This document shows, in pieces, positions 1 to 11,810 of a stretch of DNA of 64,000 nucleotides. Source of the stretch: Dimorphilus gyrociliatus (lineage: Eukaryota > Animalia > Annelida); assembly GCA_904063045.1 (NCBI GenBank), contig CAJFCJ010000006.1:744001-808000 (forward strand), read 5' to 3'. A program made the translations under genes and the position numbers. The notes beneath the pieces are model-generated. The model was not told the DNA's origin. It worked only from the letters and a program-made list of their open reading frames with translations, and did no database searches. Position 1 is the stretch's first letter. The number at the start of each line of letters is the position of its first letter.

Positions 1-3000
1 GAAAACACATCATCCTCTGTTCAGGAACAAACTTTACTATGGCTTCAGATTTTGTCATTAGTTGACATAATAGTTCCCCTGCATATTCTCCTAGATATGT
101 TTCAGAAAGGGGTACAAACAATGAAACTCGAAGGTTAGTCGCTGTTTTATCTTTGATTTGAGTATTCTACTTTAATTGTTACAGAGAAAGATGATATCGA
201 GCAAGAGGCTCATGAGAACTTAGATGAACCAGTAGAAAATGTTACCTGTTACCTTCTCATGCTGGATATTACTCTCAAACAAATTGAGATGCAGTCTATG
301 TCAGCTCATATGGGAGTATACAACGAAACTAGTAAACAATTAATGTTGCTGTTGACCTCTATGATATCTACTCCATGGCAAGGCAAACATACCTGTGACT
401 CGGATACAGAAATAATTGAGTGCAAGTCTTGTGAAAACGGTGCAATTTGGCATCAAATAGCTTATCAGGTAAGGATAACTTTGTTTTTGAAAACTCATCA
501 TAAACTAGTTTTGTAGTTATTGGCCTATATAACACCAAGAGATGAAATTCAAATTCCTGAAAAAGATATACCGCGAATAGATGAAATTCATCATAATATA
601 TTCTCAAAATCAGGTATACGGATTTTATTCTTTGCATCAATAAATATGAAAACCAAAGCTGCTATGACAGATAAAGAAACTCCAGTTACTGAACAAAAAG
701 TTGATGATGTTAATCTTCAATTGAATGTAGACCAGCAATTGCCTCATCTTCAACTTTTATACGCTTTACTTCAAGTAAAATGATCTAATCTATCACAACT
801 AATGTAATAATCCGAAATTACTCTCGTATTTTACAGGAACTATCCCACCAAACAGACGCTGACGCCCTTTTCTATCTTCTGCACTCCCTCAGGTATTTAT
901 GCTTACACGGGGAGTGCTTAAATTATGGAATAAGAGACAACGAAATGCTTGTAAAACATTGTCTGAAAACACTGTTTATTCCGAGGTAAATTTAACTTCT
1001 TTTAATAATTCCTAATTGGTTTGTAAATATTTATCAAGTATATGGAGGCTTTTGGAAGCCAAGCATTCGACCTTGGGTACGATTGGCGTTCCATTGCTAC
1101 TTCATTGCTTAACTATTCCATCTGGTGCTGATGTATTTTGGCATCTCGTTGAGGAAGATTTCACAAGTGAAGATTGGACATCCAGATTTTCTGCAGTCGA
1201 AAAAGTAGTTATTGTATCTCGTCTTATTCAACCTGAAACCATTATGAACAATCATGTAAGTTTGAAAAAGTTCTTTTGGATCTCTTAATTAAATATAACA
1301 TTACAGGTTATCTTAACTGCTATTGCTCATGCAACGTGCTATTTGATCGATATGTTGAATGATGTTAAACCAGAAGTTGCTCAGCGCACCCTTTTGTATT
1401 TAGACACAATTAAAACATCATCGTTAAAGGTATCATTTCATTCAGAACATTATGTATTGTGAAGCAACTATACTTTAAAACAAACTTTGTTTCTCAACAG
1501 TTTTTGATGCATGCATTGGAGTTTCAATTCGATTCCGTAATAAGTGACCGTAGTATGATAATGCAACGAATCTATTTATTATTCGTAGCTTTAAGGAACA
1601 AAAGGGAGGTAATCGGTTGGGAATTTTTCCTGAGTAGATTCGATACCCTGTGCTTGGAGGCTCAACTCGATTTGGACAATAGCGTTGATGCCTCAAGCGT
1701 TACTGGTAAGATTATCATTCAAACGTTTAGAGTAGCGTTAATGATTACACAAACCGAAAGCAACCTTGTTTTCTTACCTGCCGATTATAGAAACTTTATA
1801 AAAGTTTTTACATCCCTTAGAGCACGAGAAAACCGGTACGTAATGATAGAATAGATTAAATATCTATTAACATTCGGCACATTATATAACTGTCTTTCAC
1901 AATCGATTCACACTGTATCGTAAATAATTTTTATCATTATATTATGGCATTTGTCCTATTATATTACAATATTCGCTTATAAGAATTTCTGTATTTTTTA
2001 GGCCTATCAAATAACGATCGACAAAGTGAACATTTTTTAAGAAAGTTAAACAGAGCCAGATTTGCTTTGGCAAGAACGAACAGTATTCGTTCTTTGAGTG
2101 GAAGTTTAAAGCCCCCATATAGGAGAGCAGCTTCCGTTCCTCATCATCTATTGGTTAAAAATTGTGCCCAATCATTTAAAGGTTTGTAAAGTTTTTTATG
2201 TTGTTAGCTAGATCTTCCTTCTGAATTATAGAAATATATCATCTTACATTCATAAAAAAACGTATTCAGCATGTAAAAAAGGGCTAACAACAGTAAACAT
2301 GATTAGTTTTGCTAACATTTTCCAGTATACGAACCTTGTCCCTCGTATCACCCACAACCTACTATATTTGTAACTCCATGTGGTATGTTAAAATAGTATT
2401 TACAAATCTTTTAAATCCTTTCGAGATGCTCCTGGTTGGTGGTCATGTACTCTCTAAACATAGTATAATGAATTTGTCTCTTGGTTTTGTATCTTTATAA
2501 CGGTTTTTGCTTCAATATGTGTGATATACTTCATCTCCTACTCTCTCCTATTCTAATTTCTCTCAGGGATGCAGCTTTCTCGATCTGAAGCGACTGATAC
2601 ATCAAAGTATAAACCTTTTCTCAGCCTTCTTTTACAAGGTATAGGCTGAGTAAGTGTAGGATAATTTGCTTAATTGATTACGCTTCTTTTAATCTTATTT
2701 ATAGATTTTTTTTTGCAAGCAACTATGCAAGAATTTTTTGCATCTCTAAAATTTTTTCTCAACCATCCAAATGAATACTTATTAATTATTACATGTTGTA
2801 TTTTTTAATGATTTGTTGAAATGAATGCATTTGGTTATTATCTGCAAATATACTTGTAAATTTAATTACAGTTGTATGTCTCTTAATATTCTAATCGTGT
2901 TTTAAATGAATATCTGCATCTAGGTCGAATATGTTTTTGATTATGTTTTATGCTTTTACTTCTTTCCTGCTTTGGCATTTTTTTTTATATTTTTACGGAA

Positions 3001-6000
3001 GAACTATTTGTTGTTGAAAAAAAAATATTTGAGTTTCTTAAAATTAACATTCTTTTTATTACATATAGATAAAGAAAAGCATTATCCAAGGCAGCAATCT
3101 GCTCCTCAATTCAATTTGCATAGAAACCCAAGAGGATCGAAATTTGGCTTGAGCATGTTTAGTAACTATCCTGGCAGTAAGCTTTAAGAATATCAATATA
3201 TGCGCATTGGTATATAAATGTTACTTTTTCGAAGCTGGCCATTTAAGGGAATTTACTGATGAAGAAAGTAAGCTGGCCGCGCTATTACAAAGGGCTATGG
3301 AGTTGGAAGGTGTTGATAGTGAAACGGTTCACATGCTGGTAACGTTTTTAATGAAGTTTATGACTACGTGTGACGTTTCCAAAGTAAACGAGGATAAAAA
3401 TACTTCTCGCGTGCAAGTAATTTAAAACGCTTTATCAATACTTGTTGCTAATTTTTTAACTGTCAGGGTGTTGTACTGCGTCATCTAAACGTACTATTGG
3501 GTTACAATCAAATAGAGAAGTCATTCAGTGTTCCACCTTATAAGCTTAGGTAAACGCAAAAGTTATCCTTTCTCAAATTAAAGCTTTATCAGTGTACAAA
3601 TTGCTTGTTAATACTTACAGAAACTCAGCAGTCTTTAATGCTTTTCTGGCTGGCTTACCTCATGTAAGTCTTATATGACTGTTTGTCTATCACATTTATA
3701 ATTACTTAAATGACACAGGTTTTGGATCGGAATTTCGCATTGGGAAACATTATATTTCCGATTGCCTATTTGTTATTAAAATACTGCGCATCACCTCAAA
3801 GATATGCTTCTGATTATCAACCGCCAAATTATACTCTTTGGCTGCTGGATCCACATTGTAGATTGACTTGGTTACAAACTTTTCTCGTTATTCTTTACAA
3901 AGTTTGAATTTTGTTTATAATTTTTTCCTCGTAAATCTACACATGTTTATGTGTTCTTTTGCAGTACCAGTACAGCACAGCACCAGCTAATGAGATTATA
4001 CCAACATTAATGCAGATTACGATTAACACGGTTGACGCTCATATGCATCAATGCAAGGAACATGACGAAACCATGGCACCTCCCAGTCCCTTCGTACCTC
4101 GGCATCGAGGTAGCTTTCAAGGCACTGTATGATTTTTTTCTGCATGCAAAACTCAATCAATAACAATCCGTTATGAGTAAATAAGGTTTTGAAAGTCAAA
4201 GCGTTTGACGGTTTGAGATTCTTTTTGTGATTTTTGCACGAACTCAACGTAGCTTTGCTTCTTTTGCTACGTTTTCTATTCTATAATTTTCTCTAGTGTT
4301 CTTACTTTGCTACTGGTCTTTGATATCTAGCTTAGAAAATTTTTTTAGCTACTCGCAGTTTCTTTAGTTTTAAGATATTAACCTCTTTGACATAATTACA
4401 GATACCAGCAATGTTTCGGTTGGTGATTTAGAAAACATCCAAGAGACTGATACGCCTCCGCAGAGTCCATCAGATAGTCAATCGTCAACAACAGGAGGAG
4501 AAGCTTGTAGTTTAAAGGCGCAAAATATTGAAGTGATTTCTGATACAGAGGATATAAAAGTTCCTTTGTCAGCTCAATCATCGACTACCTCGTCAAAAGT
4601 GAAAAAAGCCTTTAATTTTGGCTCTCCAACTCTTCCTCGTAACAATGCTTTGTCGATTGCTTCACCATCAGAAGCTGTCGATGCTCTACAAAGAGAACAG
4701 CCTCGTAGGTTAGCTGAATATAATGCAGGATCAGGCAGTGAGGTATGTTGAAATGATATTTTCCAGTTATATCCAATTTGCAGTTTTTGTTGACATGCGT
4801 ATAGATTTCTTCAAGTTCTCCTTTTTCATCCAATTGGAAAGAAAAGGTTTCGTCATTGTTGTATTAATTATTTGTCTTTCAATTTAGAAATTATTATTGC
4901 TGTAAAAAGTCATTAATCATTTTTACTAATTGTAAATAATTTAAAACAGAGAACTTTCAAACAAAGCGTTGAAGAATTTATGATGAAAAGTATCTCGAAA
5001 ATGAAAGAAACATCTGATAAGGAAGATGTTTCTCCCACAATACTTAAAACACCAGAGGATCACGTGGAACAAAAGATGGTGGAGCAAATAGAGGAATTTG
5101 AAAAGAAGCAAGTCTTGAGTTCTGTTCTATCCTGTACAATTGCAGAAGTGGATGAAGATGAAAAATCAGCTGAAAAGTCTACTGAAAAGTCAGCTGAGGA
5201 TTCGACTGAGAAGCCAGTTGAAAAACCCCCTGACGAAATTTCAACTGAGAAATTACTGGAAGATACTGCAAAACAAACTTCCAAACCAAAGCCTTTTGTT
5301 AAAATTCCGAGCGCTAGTTTTGTTGAGATGCAAAGCAAGGAATTTCAACCAGAAAAAATCACACGTCAAAGAGCTTCAAGTGCAAAAGAAGAAAAAGTTG
5401 CTAATTTACAGGATAATAGTAATTATCATAAAATGTATACATATTAATTTATTTTAATTGTGCATAATCTATGAAATTAGGTGAGACAGAGGAATCCCCC
5501 AGTCAAAGTCCACGAAGAAGTATGAAACCGAACTTTAGACAAAGAAAACAACGAAAAACTGGTCTTAAGACAATAGAATTGCAGAAGATGTTTTCAGATC
5601 TTGAAGATGGTTCAAGTACAAAATCTTCAATATGTAGAAAACCTAGAAAATCAGAATTACTGAAAGCATCCTCTAAAAAGTCAACATTACCTCAAAATAA
5701 ATCCAGTAATCAGGGAGAGACTGTTATGGTTGAAAGATGTCCGCAATGTCATTCTATATTAGAAAAATACGATGATGATACAATAAGTCTAGCAATCGTC
5801 TGTATGTCCTGTTTTATACATAGAGAACCAGTTATGGCAGCACCTCTACTTTTTGATATGCTAAATGCTGCAAGTAGAATAGCTGCGGGAATTCATTATT
5901 CCTGGCAAAATGAAATGTGAGTAAACTCCTGTTTCTTTTAATTTAATACTTGATCATTATATTTCTTATAGACCAACTTTAATAATACCCGGAAATTGTG

Positions 6001-8275
6001 TTAGTGTTGCTCGTCAATTTATTCGGTGTACCTTGCATCAGCTGTCTCCTAACGGAATTTTTTCGCAGTTGATAGTGTCACAAATAGACAGTAAGTACGA
6101 AAAACTTATGTAAATAGAGTAAATATACTTTCAATACTTTTCAGATTCAGATTTATTGAAAACAATTGCGACAGCTCTAATAGACTTTCAAGATTTAAAT
6201 TGTTTTATGGCTTTACAGTCGATTTTAGAGGTGAAATATTATCTTATCGATAGTAATTCAAATTTAAGTTATATTATTTTTCTTTTAGGGTGTAAATGAG
6301 ATGAAAAATATTAATGATGATCAAATAATCAATGCGGTCCAAAATCTAGCTGTTTTTATGGATTACGTAGCGATGGAAACACAAACACCTACTTGGAATA
6401 ATATTCTCCCTCTGTTTGATATTTTCTTTAGGCGCTTACCACAATTTTTACCAACAAACTGTGAAATAAGCAGTGTTTTTAAAATTATGATTCAAGTTCT
6501 GAAAGTCCCTTCATTATCTAACTTCAAGGTAAAGTCAATGTGCAACCCTTCAAAGCTAAGTTAATTATATTTTTTCAGACTATTCTTGAACCATTTAGCA
6601 AAATGTTATCATTTGCTATTCAAAATTGCCGATTCAAATTGCAGCAAGTTCTTGATATATGCTCCCTAGCAAATAGGGCTTATGCAAAAGAGAGAGATAA
6701 ATTATATCTTACAAGAGGAATAATAGTTGAGCTAATTCAAGCTTTAAAATTTCGAGTTTCCCTGCCAGATGAAAATTTGATTCTTCTGGTTCAAGTAAGC
6801 ATTCTCCTAAATCTTGGTTATTGCGTATGAATAAGTTTTAATTTATTTTTCTACTTTAGTTCGTATGTCTCGATTTGGGAGGCACTGTTGGTCCAACTGC
6901 AATTACAGAAGATTTATCAATAACCTTTGCCTTGTATACCCAAAGTCTTGTGTCCACTGGAGCAGCAGATTGTATGAAACAGTATACAAGCGATTGCGTG
7001 GAATTTGTTGCAGATTTACACACTATCTATAAGATAGGAACAAATGCATCATCGAAGACCGGTAGCAATCAAAGAGCTCATCAAAATTTAAATGAAGACA
7101 CATTAGGAAGTCAACTGAAGGCTGGTATAGCACAATATATTGCTTTGGAATTTACAAGATCGCATGGACGCGACAATAAGGCAGTAATTTCGAGATATAT
7201 GCCTTGGCTTTATCATCCCCCATCAGCGATGCAGCAAGGGTAAGAATTTTTTTCCACTTTTTCTTTCTTTTTCTCCATACTTTTCTGCTTAAGTCCTACT
7301 ACTTCAATGGACAATAGAAACAACGTTGACTCTTCGGCGTAAGTGACGTCATTTGTATGCGCACATCTATCTTCAAAAGTCCTTGCACCATTTTGTGTTG
7401 TTTGAATAAGCGATTATTAAAAAGAATAGTTCTTATAAAAGAGCAAGATACCCGTCACTTTGTAATAATCGCTTTCAAAAACTTGATGTTTCTCACAGTT
7501 TCGACAATACAGAAAGAGTAACTTTTATGTACATTTTTTCAACAGACCGAAGGAGTTTATAGATTGCGTCAGCCATATACGACTTCTCTCCTGGCTTTTA
7601 CTAGGAGCTTTAACTCATACTGCTGTAACAAGAAATCAAGCCCCGACTTTCTGTCAGCCTATTCCTTTGGATGCAAGTTGTCATATTGCAGATCATATTA
7701 TGGTAGTTCTAACAGGCTTTGCCGAGCAATCTAAAGCATCTGTTCTTCATATGTCATCCCTCTTTCATGCCTTTGTTCTCTGTCAACTATGGACTGTATA
7801 TTGTGAATGTAGCTCTACACCAGAGCAAGATCAAGAATCACATACAACTATTATGGATTTTTGGGGTAGAGTAACGCCGGGTGCTCTACAGCTTCTATCA
7901 CATTCTAAGGTACACTCAGAAATGGTCAACCTTCATATCTTAAGTCTTATGGAAGCTCTACAGGACGTTAATTCTCCCGTTTTAGCAAAACTTTTCCCTA
8001 TGTGGACCCCTATTCTATACTCACATCATAAACAGGTTTTATTTTAAATAGTCCGAAAGTTTACATTTTATAGTAAATATTTAAAAATTCTTTAGCTACC
8101 CGGACATATGCAAGTACGCTTACAAATGTGTCAAAATTGGGAACCCAGAGATATATATGCCAATAGCAACAATTTCGAAACAGATGTGCTGTTGAAGTGG
8201 TTAAAAAGATTACAATTTAAATTGGGACAGATCGAAGTTCAATCGTCTGCTGCAACTCAATTTTATACTGTTTAA
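1..8275 (+). CDS. UNC79: UNC79, NALCN channel complex auxiliary subunit; multi-exon, 5' part lies outside the window
   Basis: Spliced exons give UNC79-type segments: GHLREFTDEES, VLDRNFALGN, ERCPQCHSILEKYDDDTISLAIVCMSCFIHREP, LGSQLKAGIAQYIALEF, PPSAMQQGPKEF. The C-terminus LQFKLGQIEVQSSAATQFYTV* (TAA 8273-8275) resembles vertebrate LQFKMAQVEIQSSEAASQFYPL. Confidence 0.95.
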
Positions 8276-8865
8276 TTGAATTTGCCCTATTAGATAGATA
8301 TGTTTCAGAAGCGTCTAGTTTCTCAAATTCCCTCCTATAGTTTTAAAAAGAAATTAATAAAAGTGATCGTATATAATATATCTTTTAATTATTATTTTTA
8401 AAACTGTTACTGTTTGAAGAAAACACAATTTTACAATCAGAATTTAAGAAAATGCAAAAAGATGAAACTTTTTGTTCCTGCAACAAACATAGTCATTCAC
8501 AAATTAAAAACACTTCACAGTACATTTATCTATATTTCGGGTTCTATATGGTTCAAAAAAAAATAATCTTTCTCCAAAATTATGTTGATTATTGATATCA
8601 TCCAACATTACTACTGCATATTTAAAATCACATCAATTCCAACACAATTTTATACAGAGAGTAGATTCTTTCATTAAATAAGATTACCTGTCTTATTTGC
8701 ATTTCAGTTTTTAAAATGTTCTTTAGGTTTCGTCACGATATTTAATTTTCAATAAGACAATAAAAGTGAAATTTTTGGAAATGACTAGTATTACAAAAGT
8801 TATGACAGTTAAAAGTAAGAAAGGAACGACTTTAAAGAAATTACTTTCTAAAATAAGCACTTATA

Positions 8866-9827
8866 TCAACTTAGATTTTGCACATTTTCTGAGTCTGAAA
8901 TGGCATCAATTTTCGCTCCATTTTCTTCTGAATGCAGCTTAATTTCGCTACCAGATTTTTTACGTTGATAGTCAATAAATTGAACAGTAATACCATTAAC
9001 AGTTATTTTTGTTTTTACCGCTGTCGATCTATCTATATTTTTATGACGAGGAGGTTTTCTATTTGGAAGTATGCAATAATAGTAATAATAATAATTTAGC
9101 AGAGTAGGTAATACATACTTGAGTTTTCTCTTATATATCTTAGGTACATTTTGGGCTCGTTTTGTAGTAGTCACTGATGGTACATTCGTTTCGGAAGGGG
9201 TAGGTTCAATTTCCTGAATGCTTTCTTCGGCTTCAAAAGATTTTTCAGTTGGAGTAGGAACATCTTGACTAAGTGAAGGACTATCGCTATTTCCTACAGT
9301 GCTTGTTCGACTAACTTTGTCTAAGGAACTTGAACTTTTTGCTGTCTTTGAAGTTGAAGGAAAATGTTGAGATAGCGATACCTTTGGTTTTCTATATAAA
9401 AAAAATCATTATTAATAATATGAAAATGGTCAATACAAAAATTCTCAGTCGTCATAAATACATCTTGAATGTATCAAAATAAATTTAAGAATGGAATGTC
9501 AATAGGAATTTATGATATTGAATAAGCGTTGTGACTTGTTAAGTAATTCAATGAAGATTCTAAGTAAATAGCAAGTGATCGCAAAATACCTCGTACTTGT
9601 TCCCTTTCTAGTTTCACACATTGCACATTTATAAGCTTCCAATCGATTCTCAAACGTGCAAATAGTGCACTTCCACTTCTCCTCTGCTAAATTCTTCTGT
9701 CGTTTTCGTCTAAAATATGTAAACAAAAATTAAGGGGGAAAAATTCAGCGATTTTGAAATCTTATTTCAAATAGCATCTTCTGTAATATATGTTTATAAA
9801 TATGCGTTACCCTTTTTTCTCTTCCAT
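8866..9827 (-). CDS. YAF2: YAF2/RYBP family non-canonical PRC1 subunit, 4 exons
   Basis: ATG at 9827 (MEEKKG|RKRQKN). RanBP2-type zinc finger [30 protein letters not shown]-terminal motif [30 protein letters not shown] matches RYBP/YAF2 RPRLKNVDRS..VTVG..TVIITDF. Confidence 0.92.
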
Positions 9828-9890
9828 ATTTCTAACAATAAAAAAAAGAAGAATTTATACAGTAAAATTATGGCACAATACAATAACTAT

Positions 9891-9900
9891 GTCACGTGAC
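9891..9900. promoter_or_regulatory. Perfect palindromic E-box GTCACGTGAC (CLEAR/USF/TFE-type) in the divergent YAF2/orphan promoter
   Basis: Exact 10-bp palindrome 64 bp upstream of the YAF2 ATG, with an inverted CCAAT (ATTGG) about 17 bp further on. Confidence 0.55.
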
Positions 9901-10347
9901 ATCAAGACTACTCACTATTGGTTAAGTCGCATTTCCGGTTCCTATTCCCTCTATGTTAGAAATGTTACTTTATGTAATTTTTATCAGCAATGAACAAATA
10001 GATAAAAACTGGGTCTCTACAAGTGTAATGCTATAAATCCTAGATAAATATTATACCTTTGCAAAGCAACGAAATGGTAGACTAAAGCAATATTGTTAAC
10101 ATATTGCAAAGAAATCTTAAATTGCGTGAAATTTATTTTTAATCATTTTTTAGCTTATACCATAAAGCATTTTAACTTTATAGACTTTTATCAATCAAGT
10201 TTACCAATTATACGTTCATTTCATAATTTTCCATTCAAAAAGCGCTAAAATCCACTTATTTACGTGGGATTTCATTGAAATGACAATGATTTCGACTTTC
10301 AAATATTCCTAATTGTATACATATTAAAATTTATTTGGATACTTTGT

Positions 10348-10901
10348 ATGAAACAAAAGTCTAAACTCTTTGCTACTTCTTACGAAGAGGATTTTTTTGA
10401 AAGTATTATCACTGGTGTTACCTTTATGGGATTTCTGTTAGTTATGACAATTATTGGTTGTATAGTTTGGCGCGTTATTTTTCGCAAGAAAAAGAGGAAA
10501 GTATACATCGATAATACTAGAGCAGATGTTCAAGTTTATTCGTGTCGAAGAAAGAGAGGATTACTCAGTTTATTAAGTATGAACTAAGTATATTATACGG
10601 ATAGTGTATCTAAACTGATTAAAGTATTAATAATTAATCTGATTGACAACTTAAATAATTTTTAGATATTCTTAAGAAAAAACCCAGAAAGTCAAATTTA
10701 TATGTGGAATCAAATATTCTTAGAAAGATCAATATTAATCTTAAAACAATACATCCAAAATTAATTAGAGGTAATTTAAAAGCAATGGACGATATGGAGG
10801 AAGTTATTAAACATTCTTTATCTCACAAATCTGACGATAATTTGAATAAATTTTCGCCACAAAAAGTTGTCTTAAGTAAATTAAGCAAAACCATCTTTTA
10901 G
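10348..10901 (+). CDS. Orphan ~154-aa single-pass membrane protein, 2 exons (10348-10576, 10666-10901)
   Basis: A GT-AG phase-1 intron (10577-10665) joins ORFs 10348 and 10704 in frame. Hydrophobic stretch IITGVTFMGFLLVMTIIGCIVW is followed by a basic stop-transfer RVIFRKKKRK. Confidence 0.65.
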
Positions 10902-11810
10902 TTTATTCGGAATAAAAAGATACATTTCATTTTTTAAATTATGATACAAAGAGGTTTTATTGACCTCTTTAATGAACACTCTGGAGAAGACAGTCTAGGC
11001 CTTCAATAGCAAGATGAAAATTTATCCTCTACACTATAAATATATGTTGTAATTTTGGAAATTGGAAACAATAGGCATTTTAATTACAATATTTCCGGTC
11101 AAACATACTGGCAGGAATATCATCTGCTCTAAAACTCTTATTGCAGCAATAGTCAGTAAACATTACTATCATTTTGATATAATCAATCTTATGGATTTGA
11201 CAAGAATTTGAATTAACCGATTACTGAGTGTTTAAAAGAAATTTTCGACAATTAGCGTAAGAGATCGTTTCATATCAGATAGTTGATTATGTTGAAAAAA
11301 GGCATAGCTTGATTTTAAAACACAGTTTCTTTTCTTGCAAAGAACAGCAGCGAAGAGCGGTCATGTTAAATAAAATTGTATATATTAACATGCTGGTCAC
11401 AAAATTGTAAATTGTTACGTTTATAAAATATGATGAGATAATTACATTAAAATATATATCAATTTCTTGTTTGTTGTCCCAACTCCCACTTTCAATCGAG
11501 ATAGCGAATTGCTTAGAATGAAGTCAGCTTAGTGTATGGAAAAAAATGATATAAAACATTAATATTTCCAATGTTTAAAAAACTATTTCATTTTCATTTT
11601 TCATATTACAATATTATTATTGATAATGTTATGAGGATTAACTTTTAATATTTAAAATAAGGCTTTCAATCTTCTTTTTCTATTACGTAAAGTTAGTGAG
11701 ATTAAGTAAGGCTTGAAAACAACGTTTATTTTATGTTCAGTTTTAACTAAGAACTGCGACTTAAAACTCGGACACCTCCTTGGCTACATAAAATAAAAAA
11801 TCTCAGTGCT

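Noticed and set aside
4349-4357. 9-nt UNC79 microexon CTACTCGCA
   Set aside because: It is frame-compatible but would leave a 44-nt downstream intron with a weak donor, too speculative to list.
7344-7351. Perfect CRE TGACGTCA here and at 59373-59380 in G-alpha-i intron 1
   Set aside because: A rough expectation is ~0.5 copies per 64 kb at this composition, so two copies are not significant.
10902-11810. Hidden gene between the orphan TM gene and TOP2
   Set aside because: Only short open frames were found, with no consistent splice chain or recognisable motif on either strand.
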